NCBI GenBank assembly: GCA_964016885.1
Contig: OZ024741.1
Span: 275,342,001-275,406,000 of the forward strand
DNA length: 64,000 nucleotides
Origin: Eledone cirrhosa
Taxonomy: Eukaryota
Reading direction: 5' to 3'
Under the pieces are notes generated by a model. That model ran no database searches. It worked only from the letters and a program-made list of their open reading frames with translations, and had not been told where the DNA came from. The translations under genes were made by a program, and so were the position numbers. Of the stretch, positions 29,628 through 42,612 are shown piece by piece; position 1 is the first letter of the stretch; every line of letters begins with the position of its first letter.

Positions 29628-30277
29628 AGATTAAGAATAACGTCCTCGAAATTGAAACTAGGTTTTCTGACAAGTGAATGTGTTTTTTTTTTTACAATGA
29701 AATTTACGATACACTCTTTGTTTATTTACAACAGGTCTCTATAGTGATATGGTGTTAATTAGTATTGCGTGTGTGATTATTTTCTCTTATATATATATAT
29801 ATGTGTGGGTGTGTATATGTGTGTATATATATGTGTCTGTATGTATATATATATGTGTGTTTGTATATATATATGTGTTTGTGTCATCATCATCGTTTAG
29901 ATGTTTTTGTAATATCTTGCCAAAGTTGGCACCAACTATAAAGAAATTAAGGCCGGGTCATAAGAAGGACAGAGAATGATAAGGGATTTGGGTAAAAACA
30001 TCTAAACGATGATGATGACACAAACACACATATATATACAAACACACATATATATATACATACAGACACACATATATATACACACATATACACACCCACA
30101 CATATATATATGAGAAAATAATCACACACGCAATACTAATTAACACCATATCACTATAGAGACCTGTTGTAAATAAACAAAGAGTGTATCGTAAATTTCA
30201 TTGTAAAAAAACAAACAAACACATTCACTTGTCAGAAAACCTAGTTTCAATTTCGAGGACGTTATTCTTAACCTATG

Positions 30278-30365
<88 letters not shown>

Positions 30366-30609
30366 AAAATGAGGGTTTTTTTCCAAAATGAAAAAAAACG
30401 AGATGTCCTACACGAGTGAAAGTATAAGGAAAAAAGATGAAATCGAAAATGCAACTGAAGTATTTTGCATTTTCGATTTCATCTTTTTTCCTTATACTTT
30501 CACTCGTGTAGGACATCTCGTTTTTTTTCATTTTGGAAAAAAAAACTCATTTTCTAATATATATATTTTTTTTCCGGGTATGTCAATATTTATTTATAAA
30601 ACAAATCTG

Positions 30610-30675
30610 TATTTTATCTGATGAAAGCGCACCATAATTTGCCTTGGTTGCCCTTGAAATATGTATAATAAAATA
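30610..30675 (+). ncRNA. Type-I hammerhead ribozyme
   Basis: tattttat CTGATGA aagcgcacca-taatttgcct-tggttgccctt GAA ATATGTAT A ataaaata. 8-bp stem I, ~9-bp stem II, self-complementary stem III, AUA site. Confidence 0.7.
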
Positions 30676-30965
30676 AATATGTTTTATAAATATAGTTTCC
30701 ATTTATTAATATATTCTGTATTTACTCCACTAAACTGTTGAGTGCTTTATATCAGTTATAACATTTTTTAAGCTTGTTGAATCCTAACAAATTAAATATA
30801 ACCTCTGCATATATATATGTGAAGTAATTCCGTCGGAAAAGTCCAGGAAAAAAGAGTGCTCTATGTAGGCAACAGAGCTTAATTATTATTATGTAATAAA
30901 CAAATCCTGGTTTGTTTATTGAATTTGGATTTAAAAATCCAAATTCAATAAACAAACCAGGATTT

Positions 30966-31025
30966 TTTCATTCTGAGGATTGAAAGCAAAACCTTTTGCT
31001 TTTAAGAAACCACTGGTAAATGGAA
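30966..31025 (+). ncRNA. Type-I hammerhead ribozyme
   Basis: tttcatt CTGAGGA ttgaaagcaaa-acct-tttgcttttaa GAA ACC-act-GGT A aatggaa. 7-bp stem I, 11-bp stem II, 3-bp stem III, GUA site at 31016-31018. Confidence 0.8.
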
Positions 31026-31054
31026 TAATTGCCTTATGTTGTTTATTACATAAT

Positions 31055-31096
<42 letters not shown>

Positions 31097-31384
31097 CTTC
31101 TCAACAAGGAAGATGAAAAAACTTAATTTTAAATCTTTAATTTTTAATCCTTAATAATTCTTTTTAATTGTAATACCATTTGATAAGATGAATTTTACTA
31201 ATACATCGAAACCGCTAATACTTTATATACATTATAAAACTCTTTTTTTTTTTAAGAATTGACCCTCTCATTTTTTCAATAATGCCACTTTGATTAAAAG
31301 TGGCATTATTGAAAAATTATGTGGAAAAAAAAGAAAAACAGACCCTTAAATATATTTTCAATGCTATTTCCAATCTCACCTTCT

Positions 31385-31507
<123 letters not shown>

Positions 31508-32914
31508 TGGGGTAACAGATTATTGTTATAGGTAGTCCACTTAAGTGTAGTCCAGTTATGGTACTCCGAGTAGTGGATGATATCAACGCTTGGCTAAGTT
31601 TGACTCAACAAGGCGTTTCCATAGTGATGTTGCGAGTACGCTGCAATTTCTATGTTGTAAACACTTGGAGTAATGATAAATCAGGAAAGAAGAGTGACAC
31701 GGTTTGCTATACAAAAAAGGTTTTTAATCTCATTGCTGACAATTGTTTCTCTGAACTGGTAGGTCTAGAGGTCGCTACCCGCTTGTTTTCACGTTACTCG
31801 ATCACCAATACAAAGTTATAACCAGTCAGTTCATCGGAGCTTGTGAGAATGAAAGGAATATACATGCATGGCTACTATATATAGTAGTAATGGCATTCAA
31901 TCAGAACAATAACAACAATACTAACAATGCTAGCAATAAATTATTTGAAATAATTACAACATCAATCTAGGTAAGACATATAGTAAATCTACGATTTTAG
32001 CGTGTAAAACTAGCTGACATGAGGCAGATGTATAAAATTGACATGTAAATGCTGTCATGGTGTGTATTATATATAGTGTAAAGATAAGCCGGTGGCTTTA
32101 AACAATATAGGTCTGGTGGTGGTAAGAATCATTTATTATCTGACAGATGAAAAATTTATCACTGTAGTGAGAGTAGTAATATTTGTGGTATTAGGTTCAA
32201 TATTTGTGTGGTCTATATTAGATGAAAGGATTGTCTAGCTTTCTCATCATCAATAACATACATGCATAAGACAACATTAACAGAGTAGCAATATAATAGG
32301 CAAGTTAATACAGAGGTTAAGGAGGCAATATATATATATATACATACATATACATACACATATATATACATATATACATATACATATATACATATATATA
32401 AAGAGAAAACATGCTGACTACAATTATAACAGGAGGAAGGTAATGTTCTGTTGTAGTAGTATTTTGAAATGTTCTTGGATTTAGGTTCATTTGTTGAGAG
32501 TCAAGGGTGAGGAAGTTGTGTTGACAGCAGCTGAGAAGGGATATATTTATGGGTTGATAAGGTACTTACAGACATTAGTGTGGTATAGAACTAAGAAGGC
32601 CAGAATATACTTAATGATTATATTTCTGTGGTGGTTCGTGCAGTATAGTGGATATCCTAAGTTGAAATCTAAGTTACGTCGGTTCGATTCACGGAGGCTT
32701 AAATCTTGTGAATTTAGTGGCGATCCTGTGTCTGCAGAAGATTGATCTTTCTAACTTGTTGTTGAGTAGCCTTTTTACATTTATAAGGATATATAGTAAT
32801 TCTAGATCACAGAGCCTACAGTGGGACATATCAGTACTGTAGGTCTTGCGGCCGACAACCTCGACCAGTTGATACTGTAGTTGGTGTTATTGTCCTTAAG
32901 TTCCCAGATTTTTT

Positions 32915-33668
32915 TGATTATAGACTTGTTCTATGTGTGACGGTATTTTAACGATAGTTATAGCTCTGATTTGTCTAAATTATGGAGCCCTCTGCCGCTC
33001 ATATCGAATTTTGTTTATCGTGAACTCGTGCGCCGATTTTTCGATACTCGATTATTCTACTATATTTAGCTCTAGACCTAGCTATTGACCAGTTAATTTT
33101 ATTGTTCATTTTTTGTCGATTCTATTAAATGATGAATAGCTCCTGTTTATTTTAACATGTCTATTGAGCACTCTTATTCGATATGTGTATTTCCACATTT
33201 TCCCGAATATTTTTCGCGGATATAGAGGTTATCTCCCTTGCCGAATTCCATGTGCGTATTTAGCTTGGGTTATGCCTTTTCATTCGTTTGGACAAAGCTC
33301 GTTGATGAAGTAAATTTCCTGTCCCCTGGTATCTAGAAGTCTTATATATTTTTATGTGAGCTGATAGAGAACAGTTTAAGGATTTACAGAAACCCAAGAA
33401 GCTAGATTTAACATCTTTCTAGCGGGTCCGGGTATGCTTTTTTCATTCATTTGATTTATTGATTTATTGATTTTTTTATCTGAGTGTCCCGAATCTTCCA
33501 GATCGCAACTTTTCGATCGTACGGTTGATTATAGACTTGTTCTATGTGTGACGGTATTTTAACGATAGTTATAGCTCTGATTTATCTAAATTATGGAGCC
33601 CTCTGCCGCTCATATCGAATTTTGTTTATCGTGAACTCGTGCGCCGATTTTTCGATACTCGATTATTC

Positions 33669-33674
<6 letters not shown>
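32915..33674 (+). repeat. ~150-bp near-identical direct repeats (~32915-33064 and ~33525-33674); second copy runs into (TA)n
   Basis: ttgattatagacttgttctatgtgtgacgg...gatactcgattattctactatat occurs twice; I saw only one substitution. Confidence 0.9.
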
Positions 33675-33713
<39 letters not shown>

Positions 33714-34864
33714 GTAAATTCAAAATTGATAAATTAAATAATTTAATGTAATTTAATCCCGGCTTTTATCATCAGTGCCTGAACCATGGTTAATATTTTG
33801 AACACCTGCCATAACTAAAATAAATTCTACACCTGTCTACTTTGTCTTGAATAACAAAAACTTTAATAACTATAAACAATTTATAATGTTATTTATGCAA
33901 CTGTGAACTTCGGAAAATAAAATATTTAATAACTTACTTTTTTTTAGAACTGAAATGCTTTATTTACAAAGTATAACATTGCAAATTGTTTATAATTCAC
34001 AAAGAATGAAAATATAAACACAGATATAAACACATACACTAAATAAAATCGATTATTGCTAGGAATCTCACAAATATAAGGTACAGAAATATATGATCAA
34101 AGCGATTGAACTTCAAACGGGTTGTTCTACTAAACTGGAACAGACAATGCGATAATATCATGAAATCACTCTACCATATGTCATTATTCAATGATTGCAA
34201 ATAATCGCAATGTGTCAGGGGTAGTAGAACTGGGGAGTGGGGCATATATTCTCCTCTCCAAACAACCAAAACACACATCTATTTGTATTATGCCCAACAA
34301 TTTATATACATGTTATGTTTATCGCATATCGAATTTTTTTTTATATATATTTTGATATTTGATAACAGCTAAACTAATTACTACCAGTAAATTGACCAAA
34401 TTTGGTCCCCCCCCCCCCATTAAGAAATGCTTCCATTGCCCCTGACATCCTCATCAACCAATTCCTCTTTCAAGTTATTTAATCGTTGAAATTGGAGTTA
34501 TTTAATCTTAAAATGTTTATCTTATAGAAGGCAGTGATGGACGATTTACAGTCGACAAACCTCAATAAGGTATTGAGGTCATTTAGTTTGTCGAATATAT
34601 CGAACTCACAACCTAACGGTCTTGAGCCGATCAGCTTAACCACTAAGCCACATGCCTTCGCTAGCTGATTGCATGTTGATAGAAATCAGTAGCTCTTTAA
34701 ATCTTCCTCAGTTCTTGGCTGCCATTTTATTTTATCGACCTTGGAAAAAAAACGAAAGACCCGATTAACTTCGGTAAAATTTGAACTTAGAACCGTAAGA
34801 ACCAGGCACAAACTCTACAAAACATTTTATCTGACACCTTAGCGACTCTGTCAATCTACTGTTG

Positions 34865-35230
34865 GGTCGCTGACAGCGAAGTTCTTGTCATCGCTGGCGG
34901 ATCGCCTTACTGAGGTGCCTGGTTGTTTCAGTACCCTAGCCTCGCCTTACTGGGGTGTCAGGTGATGCTCGGGAGGGAGCCCGGGTGTTTCAGCACCCTA
35001 GCCACGCCATCATATGGCCTTACTGGGGTGTCAGGCGATGCCCGTGAGGGTGCCTGGTTGTTTCAGTGCCTTAGCCTCGCCATCACCCGTGGCAATGCTG
35101 TTAGTATATTGGCTTGTCTCAAAGTGTTTAGTTAACCCTTATGATGTGATGTGCGGCCGATTGTCGCACTTGGTGGTGGATTGCCCACCCCCTCTTTTTA
35201 CTTTTTAATCTCTCTTTTATGCATTTATAT
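34865..35230 (+). mobile_element. 3' end of a restriction-like-endonuclease LINE (CRE-like); second fragment at ~27490-27720
   Basis: WLFQCLSLAITRGNAVSIL resembles the LFQRLSIAIQRGNA terminus of CRE-clade elements; internal ~55-bp partial repeats. Confidence 0.6.
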
Positions 35231-35891
35231 TTGTATATATTATATATGTCTATATTTTCATTCTGTAAACATTATATTATATTCATAGAGGTGAATTGGC
35301 AGTATCGGTAGAGGGTCGGACATGCTTTCTAGCATACTGGTGTCCCTTTATGATCTGATTTTAAATCCCGCCTTGGTTAACTTTGCCTTTCATCCATACG
35401 GGGTCGATAAAATAAAGTACCAGTAATGTACTGGGTAATTGCTGGCCTTGTGCCAAAAGTAGAAACAATTATATTATATTCATAGAGGGTGGTGGATTGG
35501 CAGTATCGGTAGAGGGTCGGACGCCATGCTTTGATGCATAGAGTTACGGCATTTTCGAATCTGAGTTCAAATCCCGCCGAGGTTAACTTTACCTTTCATC
35601 CTTACGGGGTCGATAAAATAAAGTACCAGTAATGCTCACCTTGTGCTAAAAATAGAAACAATTATATTATATTTATAGAAAAGTAATAACGATGATATTT
35701 TTTGGTGATAATAAATTTAGAATATTTCACTAATCTACTAATAAACGTACTTCTTTAATGACTTTCTCATTAATTTCCTTATTTAATTAATTTCGGAAAA
35801 CTAAAATTTCGGATTAATGATGTGACTGCCGGTTAACGCGACAACATCCAAGGGAGACAACTGGTGTGCAGCGTAATAGTCAGCTGACCTG

Positions 35892-35899
35892 TGACGTCA
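35892..35899. promoter_or_regulatory. Perfect CRE/ATF palindrome TGACGTCA immediately upstream of the GrpE start codon
   Basis: Lies 16 nt before the ATG of CCACCATG in a locally CpG-enriched, repeat-free island (~35820-36110). Confidence 0.5.
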
Positions 35900-35915
35900 T
35901 TCCGTGTTCTCCACC

Positions 35916-36019
35916 ATGTCGTCTAGCATGTTGTATAGAATGTCTGTGGCGTCATTTCGACATTTACATCGGTGTTTCATCACTTCACCAAAACTAACCC
36001 CACCCGGCTTCACACTACG
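35916..36019 (+). CDS. GRPEL1: Mitochondrial GrpE homolog, exon 1 (presequence)
   Basis: Kozak-like CCACCATG; MSSSMLYRMSVASFRHLHRCFITSPKLTPPGFTLR is Arg/Ser-rich with no acidic residues; donor GTAAGT at 36020, phase 2 matches exon 2. Confidence 0.85.
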
Positions 36020-39000
36020 GTAAGTCCACATAGATTCTAGTCTCCAAGTCATCACCGACGCCACCATCATCATCACCCTAAACTTACTACGCAGTCGTTC
36101 GACGCACTAGACATAGCAACCAAATCTCTCTTTCAAGTCACCTTTTTATTGTCTATCTTAAAGGAAATTGGATAATATAGTCCCAGGTAGGCAATACTGT
36201 GCCTGAAAAGACTTGATGGTTACGGTCGGAGCGTCCTTGGTCGTATATCTGAGCAATGGGGCCCACCTGGGGTTAAACAACTCCAAAAGAAAGGGCATCG
36301 GATGATAAATATTGTAAATGTTACCCTTTCTCTAAAACGATGGGATGGTCACAGCTGGGACGTTCAATCAGGTCTGACCTAGAACTAAATAACAACTTAT
36401 AGCTAGCCAGCCTCACCTCATTACACTTATTGTAATTAGACTGGTTGATTTGTAATTAAGTAATATATTCAAACCAGTGACCACCGCATGGCGGCCTAGC
36501 CTCCCCAGTCCAATGTCAAAGGTCATAGTTGATATGAGGTCATTTATTTATCTCTCCTAAAAACTAATTATATTTCTTTTGTGTTTGATTGACCTCCTGG
36601 TGTCCACATTTCGTTCTCACACTTACTGATGTCGCTTTGTTTACGTAACATACACACCTCTCTATTATATACATACACATGTATATAATTATATATAACA
36701 AAAGTAACTACATTTTTCTTATATATTATTTTTAAAATAAATATATATGTATAACAATATATATACATGTATGTGTATATATATATGTATTGTATGTGTT
36801 TATAAATCAACAGATACCAGTGTGTCTACGTATTTGATACGTATTATGTATAAACATATTATATATAATAATTTGATAAGTATTATATATAAACATATTT
36901 ATATATAATAGTTTCTTTTATATATATAAAACATTTATATATAATGGTTTCTAATATATATAACATATATATTTATATATAATAACCACACTATGTTTCC
37001 AGTGCCCTTGAAAAAGGTGTGAACGTCGCAAGATCCTGTTACTTTCCTCCTCCTTTCTTTAAAAATCTCCGAACTCCATCCAAACCAAATGACCTTAGAG
37101 TAGTGGCTGATGAAATCAGTTGTATGCCTTACAATTCCAAGTAATTTTCTGCCCCCTTTTTTTTAACTTCCTTCCCTAACCCTTTAGCTCACTTGAGACT
37201 GGTAGGTTACTCGTCTGTTAATTATTCTAATTCCTTACCACGTGTGTTTATATCCTGATATGGACGGGTGGGACTAATGAAATTATCAATATCTGATTAA
37301 ATGCAGCGGAAAAAAAGTCACTGGGGACTTCAGTAAATGACCGGTTTCATGTTTATTTTTTTTTTTTTCGATTAACTTGACTCCAGTGTATTACTGGTGT
37401 TTTATTTTATCGACCCCGTAAGGATGAAAGGCAAAGTTAACCTCAGCGGGATTTGAACTCAGAACGTAAAGGGACGTAACTATATGCCCTAAAGTATGTT
37501 GTCCGACGCTCTACTGATTACTGCCAATCCTATATAATATAATAATTGTTTATACTTTTGGCACAAGGCCAGCAAATAACCAGTACATTACAGGTACTTT
37601 ATTTTATCGACCCCGTAAGGATGAAAGGCAAACTTAACCTCGGCGGGATTTGAACTCAGATCGTGTAATAATAAACAGATCCTCGGATAAAAGCTTTGCA
37701 GTGTTTGTTCGGACTTGTACGTTTTGATTTCAAATCCTGCTGCTGCGGTCGACTTCGCTTTCACTCTTTATGGGTTGATAAAATACGGCACCGGTTGTGT
37801 ACTGGTGATCGATTTAATCGACTTTTCTTTTCCCTTAAAAAATATTGCTGGCCTTGTTTTTAAATTAGAATCCATTATTGCGTACTTTCGCTCCTGAATG
37901 CTTTTATTTATTTATGACTTTCGATTTGTGTTCTGTTTGTAGTCGGCTAAATTCGGACTTAGTTTCACTGAGTCTTTTACTTTAAAGATAGATTTTCTTT
38001 CTACAAACTAACAATTACGAAAACATTTTTAGAAAATTATATTACTATGATTGTAATCCACACCTCTCATATCGTATCTTTGCAGTGTTTTATTTTAAAA
38101 TATGCATTATTAAGGAAGTTGTGAGGAAACAAATGTAGCGTGGTGGTGGTGGTGGTGACACTTTGTTGTAATTATACCTAAGATATAAATAAAACGAGGT
38201 TTTTATTTTTTATCACATACTTTATATAAATTGTCTTGTTATTATGTACACGTCACGTACTGTTAGTTAATCAGCGACTTGTTTAATCATTTCATTATTT
38301 CTTCTTCTTCGCCCACTTATTTCTAAGAGGGTCGTGGGGACAGAGTCCTCAAACACTCCCTCCGTTGGGTCCTGTCAGAAACATCTGTCTCCAACTGATC
38401 CGGCTGGATCCCCAAGCGAGACCAGCCAAGCTCGTGGATGTTATCCACCCATCTTGCTCAGGGTCTACCCCTGGGTCTCCTGCCGGTTGGTAGCGGCTCT
38501 ACCTGTAGTTACTCTCTAATCTCCGATTGTATTTCATTCAAATCCCGCCGAGGTTAACTTTGCCTTTCATCCCTACGGGGTCGATAAAATAAAGTACCAG
38601 TAATACACTGGGATAATTTCTGGCCTTGTGCCAAAAGTAGAAACAATTATCTGTGTATTTAGGGCGGTGGATTGGCAGTATCGGTGGAGGGTCGGACGCC
38701 ATGCTTTTCAGCATAGTTATGACCCTTTACGGTCTGAGTTCAAATCCTGCCTTTCATCCTTACGGGGGTCGATAAAATAAAGTACCAGTAATGTACTGAT
38801 AAATGCTGGCCTTGTGCCAAAAGTAGAAACAATTATTTATGATGTTTAAATAAAATGGATCACTTTTCCAGTGGGATTTTATTCCCTTTCACCGTTTTAC
38901 TCATAACTTAGCAAACTCTATTGCCGTCATTATTGATGCAGTAGTGTTGAATTTTTGGAGTCCAGGATTTTTTATGTTGTATATACCAGGGTTATTGGAA

Positions 39001-40284
39001 TATTATATAACTTGTGGGCTCGTGTTGTCAATAATAACAGCAATAGCGTTGAACGTATTTAATTTTCGGAGTCCAGGATCGGTATCACATATATACCAGG
39101 ATTACTGGATATAACCCAGAGAACTATGTTATAGGCACGCTTGTTTGTGGAATGCTCAGCCACTTGCACGTTAATTTCACAAGCAGGCTGTTCCGTTGAT
39201 CGTAATCGCCGTAACCGAAGGTGTGCTGCTACTACTTAGCTATATGGATAATCATACAAACTTGGAAATGGTTTGCATAAGAGAAATCCTATAGTTTATG
39301 TTGATTACGACATGTGATAATTAACATTTTTTTCTTTCTTCTTGGTCAACTGGGGAAGGTCAACATTGAGTTGACCGTTGATTATTTCTGTGTCCATCTA
39401 GCACTGAGCCCAGATTAATATCACCAATCGACAAGACCTTACAAAGTCACCCCTGAGTATTATTGTCCCTTTGACTCCTTAGACTATTATAAGATACCCT
39501 ATCTTCCTTCACTTACTGTCCACTTTACATTTAGTTCTATTTTATGTCTGGACACTTTAGTTCACATCTCTCATAGGCTTGGTTACTATTACCTGTCACC
39601 TTCATTTTTACATTGACGTTTCCATGCTGGTGTGGGTTGGACAGGGGTTTTTAAGGCCATGTTTTAAAGTCGGATCCTCTTCCTGACACCAACCCTGTTA
39701 ATAACTTCTTACAGTAAACAAGCGTAGGGTTTATCTTTATCTTTTATTTTATTTTCTAAGTCAGGATTACGAATACAAGCAACCAAAATGGGATTCCTCT
39801 GACAGCTCTTTGGAATGATGCCACTTGATAAAGTCCATAGCTTGAAGATTAGAGTCTCTCCATGTAGAGACACTACTTTTCCAAATTGAGAGATCACAGC
39901 TCTGATACTACAGTCATGTGGTTAGGATGTCTCAGGAAAGAATCTATGGACAGATTTTATAGGCAAAACCAACCGACAGGAGACCCAGTGGAAGACCCTG
40001 AGCAAGATGGTTGGATAACATCCATGAGCTTGGCTGATCTCACTTGGGGATCCAGCCGGATCAGTTGGAGATGGTTGCTTCTGATAGGATCCGCTGGAGG
40101 ACTCTGCTCCCATGACCCTCTCAGGAATAAGAGGAAGAAGGAAGAGAAAGACAGTGCTAATGACCGTTTTTAGACCAAAGGGTGGGGGCTATCCTTAAAA
40201 GAAGACCTGAGTCAACCAATTTTTTGTGAGGGGAAGTTGGTAGGTGGAAACTCTGTGCATGCTGGTCGTATATATATCATCATC

Positions 40285-41080
40285 ATCATCATCATTTTAC
40301 GTCTGCTTTTCCCTGCTTGCAAGGGTGGGACGGGTCCTATTCAGCACAGCATCTCTCCACTTGTCACGGTCCTTCGTCATCTCCTCCGTGAGTTTCAGCG
40401 ATCTGAGGTCTGCTCTCACCACCTCCGCCCATGTTTTTCGTGGTCTACCTCTACTGTGTCTTCCTTCTACTGGGATTTCTTGGCACTTCTTTACCCAGCG
40501 GTCATCCTCCATGTGCATCACATGTCCATACCATCTCAGTCTTCTCTCCTACACACCACAACTTATCCATCTTATACCGAGTTTCTTTCTCAACTCGTCT
40601 ATGCTTGGTCGTTCACGCACATTGGCATTGCACATCCAACGGAGCATGTTTGCTTCATTTCTCTCCAGCCGTCGCATATCCTCTGCAGTTGCTGCCCATG
40701 TCTCACTACCATGCAGCATCGCGCATCTCACACAGGCATCATATAACCATCCTTTCGTACGCAGGGAGAAACCCTTCTTTGTCAACAGAGGAAGCAGCTC
40801 CCTAAACTTCTTCCAACCCGTCCTTATTCTAGATATTATGGCCTAGGAACACCCCCTCCCATTCTAATCTGATCACCTAGGTACCGGAAGCTATCAACCA
40901 CTTCTATAGAACTCACCTGCATTGGAAAAATGTGTCTATCACTGTTATTACTACTGCCAACTTTCCCTGTACATCTATTGCATACATAGTTTTCCCTACC
41001 TGTTGGTTTGCCTGCTATCCCACTACATCTCTTGTGTACCCAAGATCTGCATTGCGTACATTTGATGGAATTTATGCCAG
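40285..41080 (-). mobile_element. RTE-clade LINE 3' fragment in GrpE intron 1
   Basis: CTQCRSWVHKRCSG, FRYLGD, MLHGSETW, GRPRKTW and the (GAT)n tail on the minus strand. Confidence 0.88.
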
Positions 41081-41934
41081 TTCCTTGTGTGTGTGTGTGT
41101 GTGTATACACACACACACATATGGAAAACAATGGCAAAAACAGCTACAATCATGAATCAAGCACTCTAACCACTATACCACTTTTCTTCACACACACGTC
41201 TTTTGGAAGGACCCTTCAGTCATGTCAAAAACATGACAGCCTCCCTAGTGTTCGTGATAAGGTCATCTAGCCACAGAAATCTTGCCAAACAAAAGGTTAC
41301 GAGGACACTCCAGTTGTGTGAAGGGCATGACAACCCCCTCCTGTGCTTATGCATGTGAGACCATACATAAGGGAGACACAGATCCCTGGCCTGTCAGGGA
41401 GATCAGTAACTTTGCTTCAGTGCTGACTTAGTCTATGTAGACCAGACAACCTTTGCTAGCAGGGAAAGAGGAAGTTAAAATGACGATGATGATAAAGATG
41501 TGTTTGTGAAGACAAGTGGTTAGGGTGTTGAACTCATGATCATAAGGTTCTGAGTTTGATTCCCAGACCAGAGCAAGACACTTTAATTCATGTTACTTCA
41601 CTCCAATTAGCTGTCCTTCCTATCACCTACCATATACTCTACAGCATGTATTGAGTTTTCCTTTCCTCACTCACTTATGAAAAGTAATGTTTGAGCATAT
41701 TATTAGTGTGTACCAGGTAATTGCTGGCCTTGTGCCTAAAGTAGAAACAATTAGCTGTCCTTCCTATCACCTACCATATACTCTACAGCATGTATTGAGT
41801 TCTCCTTTCCTCACTCACTTATGAAAAGTAATGTTTGAGCATATTATTAGTGTGCACTGGGTAATTGCTGGCCTTGTGCCTAAAATAGAAACAATTATTA
41901 GTGTGTACCCAATCTCTGAAAATCTCAGACTACA

Positions 41935-42358
41935 CTCAACATCCAACAGACCCCACTCCACATCCAACAGGTCATACTCAACATCCAACAGGTCACACTC
42001 AGCATCCTACAGGTAACACTCCAGACCCCACTCAGCATCTAACAGGCCACTCTCAGCATCCAACAGACCACACTCCACATCCACCAGACCACACTCCACA
42101 TCCCACGCTCCACAGACCACACTCCACGTACCACAGCCCACACTCCACATCCTACAGGTCACTCTCAGCACCCAACAGACAACACTCAGCACCTAACAGA
42201 CCACACTCGGCACTCAACAGACCACACTCGGCACCCAACAGACCACACTCGGTACCCAACTGACAACACTCGGCACCCAACAGACAACACTCGGCACCCA
42301 ACAGACAACACTCGGCACCCAACAGACAACACTCGGCACCCAACAGACCACACTCCAC
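41935..42358. repeat. ~21-bp minisatellite (cccaacagaccacactcggca)
   Basis: Tandem units ending ~60 nt before the GrpE exon 2 acceptor. Confidence 0.88.
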
Positions 42359-42422
42359 TAGGTCCCACCCCAGTTTCTACCAATCCAAGGTCAAAGCTCA
42401 ATTTAAAATGTTTCCCTTCCAG

Positions 42423-42612
42423 CAATGGCTGTCGCCAGTTATCTGCTGCCACAAAGTCCAATAAAGTTGAAGGAAAAGAAGATGGTAGCAGCACCAGTGC
42501 AACTGCACCTCCTTCTGATGCACCACCAGCTGCAGATGCTGCACATACTGAACTTCAGAAGGAACTGCAGGAGACAAATAAGAAACTAACAGAAGATTTG
42601 AAGAAAATAAAG
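42423..42612 (+). CDS. GRPEL1: Mitochondrial GrpE homolog, exon 2
   Basis: Acceptor tttcccttccag; 190 nt, phase 2 to 0; NGCRQLSAATKS...ELQKELQETNKKLTEDLKKIK (start of coiled coil); donor GTAGTT. Confidence 0.88.
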
